From: Girardia tigrina
Lineage: Eukaryota
NCBI GenBank assembly: GCA_001938485.1
Contig: MQRK01175358.1
Location: 1-50,448 of the forward strand
Direction of reading: 5' to 3'
Length of the DNA stretch: 50,448 bases
Below the pieces are notes generated by a model. It was given only the letters and a program-made list of their open reading frames with translations. It did not search any database and had not been told where the DNA came from. This document shows positions 41,601-50,448 of the stretch, one piece after another; the first letter of the stretch is position 1; each line of letters starts with the position of its first letter. A program made the position numbers and the translations under genes.

Positions 41601-44600
41601 TAAAATCTAAAAACCAAATTAATCAAACAAAAGTACGTCTTTGATTAATTTAGTTTTTTGATATAAAAATATATTTAAAACAACGTGTAAACGATAAACT
41701 TTAATTTTAATTCGAGAAATAATCACAGTCAAAATAATATACGTCAACGTTTGAAAAAAAATAATGTCACTTTATGCCGAATCACAGCCGAATATGTGTT
41801 AGTACGAACTTCAATATTTGAGGATTTTTTGAATCACTTCTTTATTTTCTTTCTCGTCTTCAATCGTAATAATTTAAAGTGTCGAAAGGTGAAATGAGAA
41901 GAATGTTTACAGCTAAAAGGCTGATGTCAAAAATAAATCACGGCGGCTTTATAATAAGCAATTGTTAACTGTTATTAATTATTAATTTTTTGGATTGAAT
42001 GCTTTTTGAATTTTTAATTCAATTTGCTATTATCATAGTAATTCCATGGCGATATAATTATAATTTTATATAACTGTATTTCTTGTTTTTCTCCATTTTT
42101 TTTACAAATCTCATCTGTAAATGTTTAAACATTATCACATAACAAAGAGGTATTAAAAAAAAATGAAAGCGAAGGAATTCTGCACAAATAAAACAAAGGG
42201 TAGAAATAAAGTTAAAGAGAAATCGAATCATATTAACTTTCTTTGTCACTCACGAAATAAGTAGGGCACTACATTTATGAATCAGGAATAATGAAGCTAC
42301 CGGAAAGGTGGAAGAAAGTGATTGAAAATAATGGACAGTATATCGTGTAAAAATATTTGTGCATCCATGTCATTTTTTGATAATAAATATTTTAGTAAAA
42401 AACGCAATGACTTTTTGGCCAACCCAATAGTAATCTATAAATTTTTATTATTTAAAAAAATTGGAAAGAAAGTTTAATTATATTTAGCGTAAGAAATTGT
42501 AAAAAATAGCGTAAAAACTGCAAAAGTTAACTTTAAAAAATTAGAAAGTGAACGCCATTTTTCACAATTTATTTTCGTAATTAATTTCGGCGGATTACCT
42601 AGTGCCATCTTCAGACTAAATTAACACTGGCTTTTTGCAGCTTATATATGAGAAAGGTGATTATGTAATCAATTATGTAATAAAGGCTCTATTTGAAAAT
42701 GTTTAACAGAGAAGTTGAGTGTNNNNNNNNNNNNNNNNNNNNNNNNNNNNNNNNNNNNNNNNNNNNNNNNNNNNNNNNNNNNNNNNNNNNNNNNNNNNNN
42801 NNNNNNNNNNNNNNNNNNNNNNNNNNNNNNNNNNNNNNNNNNNNNNNNNNNNNNNNNNNNNNNNNNNNNNNNNNNNNNNNNNNNNNNNNNNNNNNNNNNN
42901 NNNNNNNNNNNNNNNNNNNNNNNNNNNNNNNNNNNNNNNNNNNNNNNNNNNNNNNNNNNNNNNNNNNNNNNNNNNNNNNNNNNNNNNNNNNNNNNNNNNN
43001 NNNNNNNNNNNNNNNNNNNNNNNNNNNNNNNNNNNNNNNNNNNNNNNNNNNNNNNNNNNNNNNNNNNNNNNNNNNNNNNNNNNNNNNNNNNNNNNNNNNN
43101 NNNNNNNNNNNNNNNNNNNNNNNNNNNNNNNNNNNNNNNNNNNNNNNNNNNNNNNNNNNNNNNNNNNNNNNNNNNNNNNNNNNNNNNNNNNNNNNNNNNN
43201 NNNNNNNNNNNNNNNNNNNNNNNNNNNNNNNNNNNNNNNNNNNNNNNNNNNNNNNNNNNNNNNNNNNNNNNNNNNNNNNNNNNNNNNNNNNNNNNNNNNN
43301 NNNNNNNNNNNNNNNNNNNNNNNNNNNNNNNNNNNNNNNNNNNNNNNNNNNNNNNNNNNNNNNNNNNNNNNNNNNNNNNNNNNNNNNNNNNNNNNNNNNN
43401 NNNNNNNNNNNNNNNNNNNNNNNNNNNNNNNNNNNNNNNNNNNNNNNNNNNNNNNNNNNNNNNNNNNNNNNNNNNNNNNNNNNNNNNNNNNNNNNNNNNN
43501 NNNNNNNNNNNNNNNNNNNNNNNNNNNNNNNTCAGTAATAAATCTCCCACTCCTCTCGGTTTGTGCTCCGATCTTGTTTATAAATATACATGTAATGGGT
43601 GTAACGCCACATACATTGGAGAGACCTCTCGTCATCTCTGCAAACGGATCAAAGAGCATAGTCGGTTGGATAATGGGAGCAATATTGCCGAACATAATTT
43701 AAAATGTAAAAAGAAAATCGGAGAAAATGATTTTAGAATTCTGTGTAATCGATTTAAAAATTACTGGGAGAGAGTAAAGTGTGAGGCCTCATTAATAAGA
43801 TCCATGGATCCAAAAATTAATATCCAAGCTTCACACTCAACTTCTCTGTTAAACATTTTCAAATAGATCCTTTATTACATGAGTGATTGCATAATCACCT
43901 TTCTCATATATAAGCTGCAAAAAGCAAGTGTTAATTTAGTCTGAAGATGGCGGGTAATCCGCCGAAATTAATTACGAAAATAAATTGTGAAAAATGGCGT
44001 TCACTTTTTAATAATGAATATCAATTGCCATTATTTTTTACATTCCTTAAAAAATTAGCGTTAAAATTTTTAAATTAGAGTAAAAATTACTGCATTGAAG
44101 ATGCAGTAATGGCAAAACGCTTACGTTTTTTGATTAAATTTGAAAATACAAAGTGACCTTTATTTCCATTATATATATATATATATATATAAGCGCACTC
44201 AATAGTTAAATTTAGCAGTATTCAATCATTGCTTAAAATTTCAAAATTTTTAAATATTTATGATTAATAATCAATTGTTGGATATCTTAAATTCACTGAA
44301 ATTTTTACTAGAAATCGTATTAAATATATTAGGAAATGTCGATTTTTTGATTTGATTTAAAGGATTTATCATTACTATTTAAGATATTTTAAATAACCAA
44401 ATTTCTGTCGTTATTATTTTTTATTTATTTTACATAAAATTTTAAAAAAAAGGATAATTTGTAATCATTAAAATGGATCAATATGAACGATCATCCAGCC
44501 ATTGCTTTAAATATCACTAAAATCCATATTAAATGAGAAATAAAATTCAATTCAAGAATAATGAAATAATATTGGAAATCAAATTATTTTCTCACTCACC

Positions 44601-44683
44601 GTTGTTGATTTGATCCTCTAGAAACATAATAAGAATTATTTATTAATTAATCAATTAAAAAAATACTTCTTCTTTTTTGGCAT
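14378..44683 (-). CDS. ago: Argonaute-family gene, multi-exon, 5' part (Gln-rich N-terminus, N, L1, PAZ); 3' exons not found in window
   Basis: Manual splicing at GT..AG sites: 44667-44683, 44600-44617, 36539-36695, 35977-36492, 28725-29012, (27457-27470?), 24663-24932, 18303-18522, 18069-18260, 16274-16418, 14378-14529. Phases match at every junction except exon 5 to 6, which needs the candidate micro-exon. Motifs RPDDGGRKGYSIALTINC..IYMYDI, PVFDG, EALRALD..IRPHMWKVRFNFD and SIQQYF..YNIKLKHPDLPMVK match Argonaute N/L1/PAZ consensus. Confidence 0.9.
14700..15522 (+). mobile_element. hAT transposon 3' remnant
   Basis: Dimerisation motif FPSVKTII..VTTCTIDRSFNTLRRVKTCLRA; terminus ...GCGGACGCCCATG. 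Confidence 0.75.
16274..16418 (-). CDS. ago: Argonaute PAZ exon (TQVVCHEAINLWEY...LKTLRVQASHLKNAE)
   Basis: tttag acceptor, gtattg donor, phase 0/1, LKxLxVxxxH PAZ motif. Confidence 0.85.
16640..17030 (+). mobile_element. MULE transposase C-terminal remnant
   Basis: KTNSIESYD...NFGMFLEVIKK resembles RTNNxxEGWH...PNIWxFxxxLK. Confidence 0.5.
18069..18260 (-). CDS. ago: Argonaute linker-1 exon (EALRALDT...IRPHMWKVRFNFDK)
   Basis: Matches the Ago L1 pattern xALQALD...GF..SVRP..WK..LNID; 42-nt upstream intron. Confidence 0.9.
18303..18522 (-). CDS. ago: Argonaute N-domain exon (GLPVFDGGRIIFN...DDMPH)
   Basis: tttttcag acceptor, gtaata donor, PVFDG motif. Confidence 0.9.
19945..21123 (+). mobile_element. 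5'-truncated mariner element nested in the second Gypsy
   Basis: LLQDNAPIH...HPPYSPDL, RWKKCVVHEGSYVEK*, TIR-like end followed by TA. Confidence 0.85.
20198..20853. mobile_element. Small non-autonomous insert (Helentron/HINE-like) inside the mariner
   Basis: Splits YLF|SKMK; sub-terminal inverted repeat accacgtttt/aaaacgtggt, tctg/tttg microsatellite, T-rich ends; middle is an N gap. Confidence 0.45.
24663..24932 (-). CDS. ago: Argonaute N-domain exon
   Basis: tttag|C CTT..., LPDRPDDGGRKGYSIALTINCLDMKIKPMKIYMYDIEL; ends AA|gtaaat, phase 2/2. Confidence 0.9.
25020..25075 (-). ncRNA. Minimal hammerhead ribozyme motif, sense to the Argonaute pre-mRNA
   Basis: CUGAAGA - stem II GGCGG/CCGCC - GAAA - palindromic AUUAAU - UH. 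Confidence 0.7.
25224..25278 (+). ncRNA. Minimal hammerhead ribozyme motif (inverted pLTR copy)
   Basis: aatttagtCTGAAGAtggcgggtaatccgccGAAAttaattacgaaaataaatt. Confidence 0.7.
25690..26603 (+). mobile_element. Degenerate Tc1/mariner-superfamily transposon
   Basis: FLDEIVFSDKAVFILHRIVNRHNFRTWG matches the IxFSDEAxFxLxGxVNRHNxRxW motif. Confidence 0.7.
26607..26735. repeat. (TA)n microsatellite spanning an N gap
   Basis: Visible in sequence. Confidence 0.95.
28725..29012 (-). CDS. ago: Argonaute exon 5 (GSIQRQGRPQE...TPVSSE)
   Basis: 288-nt GC-richer open frame absent from the ORF track; cttaag acceptor, gtaata donor, phase 0/0. Confidence 0.75.
29231..29890 (-). mobile_element. Gypsy 3' end (integrase tail, PPT, LTR), sister family of the 1478-6775 element
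   Basis: RIFEVGDQVLI..EDDR and RNVEWLKPFK homologous to 6060-6235; LTR 29231-29655 ends GTTCTTAATA. Confidence 0.8.
29900..30860 (-). mobile_element. Mariner element, 5' half
   Basis: HTH-containing ORF 30245-30628 (EGRP, WVPH); 5' TIR ttagggttgcctcataagttttgtcg. Confidence 0.85.
30880..32872 (-). mobile_element. CMC/Chapaev3-type DNA transposon, decayed
   Basis: CYFC, ELDDLVRDL, IDSSTRSLKVVLLHNGN, HYLHSHL and EEHGEKFHQ motifs; terminus CACAGGGCAAC flanked by TTA. Confidence 0.8.
34100..35812. mobile_element. Non-autonomous TIR element (TA-flanked) containing a Helitron
   Basis: TIR cagggtttgtca / tgacaaaccctg with TA on both sides. Confidence 0.65.
34738..35560 (-). mobile_element. Helitron deletion derivative
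   Basis: 3' CTAG preceded by hairpin ttcgccag-ac-ctggcgaa; Pif1 helicase fragment NLDHDCGLCNGTRLIV; 5' ..TACTATAAAA and cagacaga repeats. Confidence 0.75.
35977..36492 (-). CDS. ago: Argonaute exon 4, Gln/His/Tyr/Pro-rich repeat (172 aa)
   Basis: tctttcag|GAT ... GGA|gtaagt, 516 nt, phase 0/0. Confidence 0.8.
36539..36695 (-). CDS. ago: Argonaute exon 3 (QFTGQESGHQET...FMKSYG)
   Basis: tatag acceptor, gtaagt donor, open frame, Gln-rich composition. Confidence 0.8.
36958..37414 (+). repeat. Solo LTR
   Basis: Starts TGTGACGAATAT, flanked by ATTGT direct repeat, homologous to 11045-11432. Confidence 0.75.
37500..38330 (+). mobile_element. pogo/Tigger-like transposase remnant
   Basis: KKRKRVELT..K HTH start; DIYNLKESG; LTLSFYVNASGNDKQKSLVI. 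Confidence 0.7.
40312..42427 (+). mobile_element. Full-length mariner (D,D34D) with frameshifts and an internal insertion
   Basis: TIRs TTGGGTTGGCCAAAAAGTCATTGCGTTTTT, TA TSDs, ITGDEKW, HDNARPH, HPPYSPDLAPSD; ~700-bp insert (about 41567-42278) splits GFY|ESGIMKL. Confidence 0.93.
42545..44046 (+). mobile_element. Penelope-like retroelement, 5'-truncated with inverted pLTR
   Basis: GIY-YIG LVYKYTCNGCNATYIGETSRHLCKRIKEH (ORF ends 43866); inverted pLTR 42545-42722; 12-bp TSD TTAAAAAATTAG. Confidence 0.9.
43933..43987 (+). ncRNA. Minimal hammerhead ribozyme motif in the Penelope pLTR
   Basis: CTGAAGA..ggcgg/ccgcc..GAAA-TTAA-TT. Confidence 0.7.
44600..44617 (-). CDS. ago: Argonaute coding exon 2 (18-nt micro-exon, GSNQQR)
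   Basis: tttctag|A GGA TCA AAT CAA CAA CG|gtgagt; phase 2/2 fits both neighbouring exons. Confidence 0.7.
44667..44683 (-). CDS. ago: Argonaute coding exon 1 (start, MPKKK)
   Basis: ATG CCA AAA AAG AAG AA|gtattt; phase 2, 49-nt intron to next micro-exon. Confidence 0.65.
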
Positions 44684-46551
44684 AATTAAGATTTAATGAA
44701 TTGCAGAATCACAAATTCTAGGAAATAAAATGACCTTCAAAAAAACTACTCGATTATTAAAACGAATAGTAATATTTACTGTTTTATTTATTCATATGAT
44801 CTATTCTTTTAAAGTTAGTTTTATTTTAATTTTTTAAACTTAAATAATTTTTTCCAATTAAAATCAGACAGAAATTTTAATTATGTTTTCTTAAACTTTT
44901 AAAAATGAAAGTTATCCTTACTTTGATCAAAGATTTTGTTGATCTTAGATTTCTAGAAATTTTCAGGAATAAATTGTGTTATTTTTTTAGTATCAGCAAA
45001 CTGCAAACATTAAGTATTAATTAAAAAATTTATTAATGAACGAAAAATATCAATTATATTAAATGTGAGAAGTCTGGTATAATGGGTCGTATGTGTAAGG
45101 TATATTGTCCCTCACAAAATTAATTGCCCCAGTGGCCATAGATATTGACCGTTGATAGCAGAGTCATCATGTTTGTGTTGCTGAAGTTTGCGTTTCGCCC
45201 ATTGATTAATGTATTCAAAATTGGATTTGTTCGGTTCATTTTCTTATTTTGTATTTATCTAAGAAGACTTTTCGAATACAAAAAAAAATTATTCAATTCG
45301 TAATAACAATTCTCAAAATCAAAAGCAAAATAATCGTTTTGAAAAATTTCGTAAACTAAATTTAATTTGCGAAATTAATCGATTCAATTGAAACATTCAA
45401 AATTCGTCGTAATTAAAAATTGAAATCATACATTGTGATTGATTTGAACAATTAGAGCAATTGAAAGCGATTCAACAATTAATAACTCAGCAACAAAAAC
45501 TTCTTTGTTCGCTTTTCAAACTGGTACAGTGGTAATAAAATAAATAACAATAATAACTTTTTATTTAATTTAAATTATTATTTTTTTCCATATTTAATTA
45601 TTAAATTGTTAAATCTTTTACTATCTATTATATATATGTTAAGTATATAATATAAAAATATTTTTTAATATTTTATTTTAATTAAATGAGTTAAATAGAT
45701 TATTTACTCCTATATTTAATTATATATAAGTTATATATAAACAAGTAAATAAAAATAAAAGTATAAAAGAGAAAAGAATTGAAAGAAGATGGTCCATTAG
45801 TTTATTAAAAGCATGAAATAAAAAGACAAATTATATCGAAAGAAGAGATTCATTAATTAAAGTTAAAAGTACAAAATTATAATTAATTTGAAAAAGCGTA
45901 GGATCAAATTCCTCTACGTGGAATAGAGCAGCTGGTTGACACATAATTTAATATTACGTGATCAACAGCTGACAGAATTAAGGTATAAATTGGGAAATTT
46001 AACGAGAAAACGAATAAAAAAAACTAGAGAATTTAAAAGTTGTTGACATTATTGATCCACTACATTATTGCCTAACACGAAAAGAAAAGGAGAATAGCCG
46101 AGACATATATTCTCCTAAACGGAATAAATCATATAACCGTATTTATATATAAATTTTATATTTTTTTATATCACTAAAATATTTGGAGGCAATTACGAAG
46201 TACTTCCTCAAATATTTAAATTATAAAATCAAAAATTAAGGTTTAGGTTACTGTCGTGTTCCCTTCTCTCGACAACATTTTTGTGGACTCAGAGCCCACA
46301 TCCGTTTTTCGAGTTCAACGGCAACTCTTACACTCTTTGAACTCCTCTCGGTGATTGCTCTCTATTTTCTTATTGCTTACGGGAACAGACGCGCCTCCTC
46401 CACGCATATCAACAAGTTGTGAGTGCTTCAGAGCGCCTTCGGGTTCTAACCAGTAACGGGCATTACCCGACTGGTAGTCTCAGTGCCTGAGGGGTCGATG
46501 TTTTTATCCTTTATTAACATTATTCTAAGCTTCGGGCTTCCATTACATATC

Positions 46552-46650
46552 GTGAACGAGAAGAGCCTCAAGGAAATCAGCGACGATCAAACCACGTGCC
46601 CCTTGCATGCTGCGGTCTACTCTCGCCACCTCCAAAAGGGTTCTCGTCAC
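46552..46650 (-). other. Structured-RNA-like repeat, copy A
   Basis: Long hairpin with G-U pairs on the minus strand; diverged paralog at 47175-47276. Confidence 0.5.
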
Positions 46651-47174
46651 TGTTAATGTTTTCATTAATTAACAAAATTTTTCTTTTATTCAACTTCAAC
46701 GTTACATTGAACTTCCAACTCGACTCGGAGTCATAATCGACGAATTTTAACTTTGAATTTATATTGGTACTATATTGTGACTCTGATTATTACTAGATGA
46801 CATTCCATGTCTCTTGACTTCAGTTTCAAATTTAAATCACTTTATCTCTTTTAATTTGATTTTGATTTATGAATGTTGCTATTTGTACTTTTCGAATTTA
46901 AATTCCTGTTATTTTATATTTCCATTATTAATTATTTATTAATAGTTTGTTTTTAGTTGAATAAGTTATTTTTACGTTCACAATATCTGGTTTCTCCGAT
47001 CCCGTATTCATATTACTTTATCTCTATCAACGGGCCTTTCCTATTTATTTTACTTTATAACTTTTGGTTAGAATTCACGTTATCGTATAACTCTTGATTC
47101 TACATAACTTTGAATTTCAAAATTTTTCGTTATCGTTTGGGCATTTTGAGTTGAGGCGTTAATTTTAATTATAT

Positions 47175-47276
47175 CGGACGAAGAGAGCCCTAAGGAAGTA
47201 AACATCGGTCGACCCGCGTGCCCCTCGCATTCTGCGGTCGGCCAGCGTCACCTCCAAAAGGTTTTTCGCCGTTCCG
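47175..47276 (-). other. Structured-RNA-like repeat, copy B
   Basis: Shares cttttggaggt and ccgcag(a/c)atgc(g/a)aggggcacg cores with copy A; stems differ but still pair. Confidence 0.5.
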
Positions 47277-49654
47277 GATACTTTCTTCCATTATCATTTA
47301 TTAATAAGATTTTTTGTTCTCGAATTTATTTGGAACCAATTTAAATCAAGAAATCTCTAACTCTGACATACTCCGAAAATTGCTTCATGCGAAGGTACAT
47401 TTTTATTACTTAGAATATTAAATTCATCAAGAGAAAACTTTAGATAAATTATTCAACTCATTTAAAAAATTGGAAGTGGTTTTCAAACTTAAAATAAATC
47501 CAATTAGACTTCAACATTAAAATTAAACTTAGTCTAAGATAATGAGAATTCATAAGTGAAATAGTACATGAAAGCGAAATGGTTTATTTTGCATAACCTC
47601 GAATCATGTTCGATTTATTTTTGTTTAACAGAGTTTGTATTTCTTGTTTCTTTTCATTTAACATAAAGTTCATAGACTGAGTCATGCTTAAGGCACGCAG
47701 ACAAAATGTGCATTCAAATATTTCTATCTAAATTGGTTCTATAATTAAAGGTTAGATACCCCTGTAAGTCACAAGATGAAAATATCTAATTCATGATTCG
47801 ATGTCTTCATCTAAAGAAATTTCACTCCATATAAATGTCTTTATTTAGACGGATAGGGAATTCACCCTTTGACAGTTATTGATATCAATTTTGTTTCTGA
47901 TTAAATTAAAACTTTTACTTGTCTTTCTGAATCCTAAAAATTTTAATCCTTTAAAATAGATTGGAAGAAAACATCATTTTGCCAACTCTAAAGCTGAAAT
48001 TATGGGAGAACTATCTCAAGACATGCCAATTCATCTCGTTCTGATATTTACATCGCCATCGTCTATTATGGTAGCCTCACTCTCTCATCCAACCACCGAA
48101 TCCAAGTCCACTGTCAAATAACTATATCAAATATTATTTATAGACTTTCGTACTCCTTCCTTATAATTAAATTTTATTTACAACTCTACATTTATCCATT
48201 ATTGAACTACTACCCTTCATTTCCATTTACAAAACCACGATCGAATCGAGGACGTAAACAAATAGATTAATAACTTCTTGATTTACACACCGTTGACCCT
48301 TTGTAACTCATCAGCTTGAAGGACTCCGTCGTCAACTTTATACTGGTTACTATAGCATATTTGTGAACCATCAAAGTTAAAGCGATTAATAGTGAATTAG
48401 ATTAACTGAAATAATTAAAGTGACATCACAGCACAAATCCAAAACTGGATCTATTATTATATCTGCGCATATCGATATTATATTCTAATTTGATTATTAT
48501 ATTATATTTACTGTGCTATATTTATTATCATCATTCATCGTCATTATGCAAATCATTCGGATCCTATATATGCAATATTTACAAATAATGTCTTTCTCAT
48601 ACCTTGGTCCTCCTCATAACTAAAAATAATAAAATTTTACATGGATAAATAGTGTTTTTGTTATTTTTTTCTTTCATTACCAGTAGAAGTTAATAAAATT
48701 CAGAATAGTTAAATAAAATAAATTAATAATAGAAAATTAATTAGATAATTTCAAAGAATAAAGTTTAATTATTTGCAGATTTGTTATCAACAAATTGAAG
48801 AAAATTTATTAAACCATCAAATAAAAGATATTTTATTTCCATAACTTGAATAAGTCGATACAAGAACGAATTATATCCCAGAAAAATTCCAACTTTTACG
48901 GGAAATATCTTAGATAGAAGAAAATTTATTTTTGAATATTTTCGTCATTTTATCATTACTCACTAATGATAATTGTAAAATAATGAATTATAATAGTCTA
49001 TGAATTAAGATCTTTTTTAACATGTTTGTTTAACGAATTTGATATATTTTCATTGCCATCGTAGTTCGTTGAATATAAACCTTTCGCATTTTTAATTAGA
49101 TTTGAAAAGTCAATAATATTTGAATATTGTCTTTCTAATCCGTTTTTCTGATTATGCAATTCTTCAAGAATATTAGCATAGTTGTTGTTATCAATATTAA
49201 TAGAACAATTCCAAAAATAAATTAATATAATTATAAAAAAATTTAAACCATTGAAGTATTTTTTATGTTCCGTCAAACAATATTTGAAAGGAATCCAAAG
49301 TTTCTTTGGTTCGCGGTGTCGATCGTTTTGTTACAATATCCAACACTCTCATGAACCATCATATTATTACAATTATTTGAATATATTTTAATCAATGAGA
49401 TATGAATAAATATAAAAAAAATTTTATAATATAATTGGATATTAGATAAAATAGTTATAAAAATCTTACATTCTTACTGATTAGAATAATAATTAACTAA
49501 TAATAAAATATATTAGATCAACAAAATGTGTATTAGCTCATACATTAATAACTTTAATATAATAAAACGAAACAAAACGATAAAATAAGCAAGGAATTAA
49601 ATAATAATAAAATATATTAGATCAACCAAATATATTAACTCACACAAAAAAATT

Positions 49655-50325
49655 ATATAATAATTATTTTTGTGTCAAAGAAGGTTTTATTTATTTATGT
49701 GTCACTTTTACATGTCACTACCCGAATAATTTTTGAATTAAGTGGACACAATTTTAAAATAAGGCCTCATTAATAAGATCCATGGATCCAAAAATTAATA
49801 TTCAAGCTTCACACTCAACTTCTCTGTTAAACATTTTCAAATAGAGCCTTTATTACATGATTGATTGCACAATCACCTTTCTCATATATAAGCTGCAAAA
49901 AGCCAGTGTTAATTTAGTCTGAAGATGGCGGGTAATCCGCCGAAATTAATTACGAAAATAAATTTTGAAAAATGGCGTTCACTTTTTAATAATGAATATC
50001 AATTGCCATTATTTTTTTACATTCCTTAGTATTTTATGTTTCCTTGATTTATTTATATTTAGCCTTAATGTTGATTTTAATATATCTCAGACTCTCATGA
50101 GGAAATTTTTACCAGATAGACCTGATGATGGTGGAAGAAAAGGTTATTCTATCGCTTTGACAATAAATTGTTTAGATGTGAAAATAAAATCGATGAAAAT
50201 ATTTATGTATGATATTGAACTAACAAAAGCAGAAGTAGTCGGATCTGACCAAAAGAAAAGAGATGTTACTCCAAAAATGAAAAAGAAAGACACTCTCAGA
50301 AACATTGTAATGGCATTTTTGAAAT
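49655..50325 (+). pseudogene. Inverted duplicate of the Argonaute N-domain exon with upstream intron and Penelope pLTR
   Basis: Reverse complement of 25501-25606 joined to 24672-25223; exon copy (about 50063-50325) lacks the donor and runs into a stop. Confidence 0.88.
49911..49965 (+). ncRNA. Minimal hammerhead ribozyme motif in the duplicated pLTR
   Basis: Same core as 43933-43987. Confidence 0.65.
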
Positions 50326-50448
50326 TTGAAATAACTTTAATATAATAAAACGAAACAAAACGATAAAAACTATACTTCTTGATTACGGTGCAAACTTCAG
50401 CGAAATTGTGGATAAGCGAATTCTAAATTGGTGTTTAGTTTCAAAGAT

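Larger units (their letters stand above)
39480..44090. mobile_element. Old foldback/MITE-like element hosting a mariner and a Penelope insertion
   Basis: tttttacgct repeats at 39480-39600 are inverted relative to agcgtaaaaa repeats at 42485-42520 and 44055-44090. Confidence 0.4.

Noticed and set aside
42669-43702. Several long ORFs made of X (also 20009-20863 and 49-348)
   Set aside because: Artefacts of N gaps
45081-45105. ATG GGT CGT ATG TGT AAG|gtatat as first exon of a divergent gene
   Set aside because: Too short, and no downstream exon identified
45929-45971. miR-133 resemblance (agctggttga)
   Set aside because: The 3' arm lacks the UUGGUCCCC mature sequence
48998-49276. 92-aa ORF with a hydrophobic stretch
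   Set aside because: No recognisable motif; AT-rich and flanked by stops, so cannot be assigned
1-50448. CRISPR arrays, rRNA, tRNA, prokaryotic operons
   Set aside because: None seen; the sequence is eukaryotic with spliceosomal introns

Overview
AT-rich, intron-containing animal genomic DNA from a gapped draft assembly; a flatworm such as a planarian is plausible but is inference. The main feature is a multi-exon Argonaute gene on the minus strand that the ORF track does not show as a unit. I traced 10 firm or probable exons plus one candidate micro-exon from ATG 44683 to 14378. They encode MPKKKKGSNQQR..., a long Gln-rich repeat, the N domain, L1 and most of PAZ; MID/PIWI exons were not found in the window. 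Its introns and flanks hold nested, mostly decayed transposons: two Gypsy proviruses plus related LTRs, four mariner pieces, MULE, hAT, Chapaev3-type, pogo/Tigger, Helitron-type and Penelope-like elements, the last with minimal hammerhead ribozyme motifs. Other notable items are an inverted duplicate of one Argonaute exon with a Penelope end, a pair of ~100-nt RNA hairpins with apparent covariation upstream of the gene, a conserved Gag leader peptide encoded inside TG..TA LTRs, and a frameshifted tandem RanBP2-zinc-finger ORF. All calls were made by eye; no searches were run.
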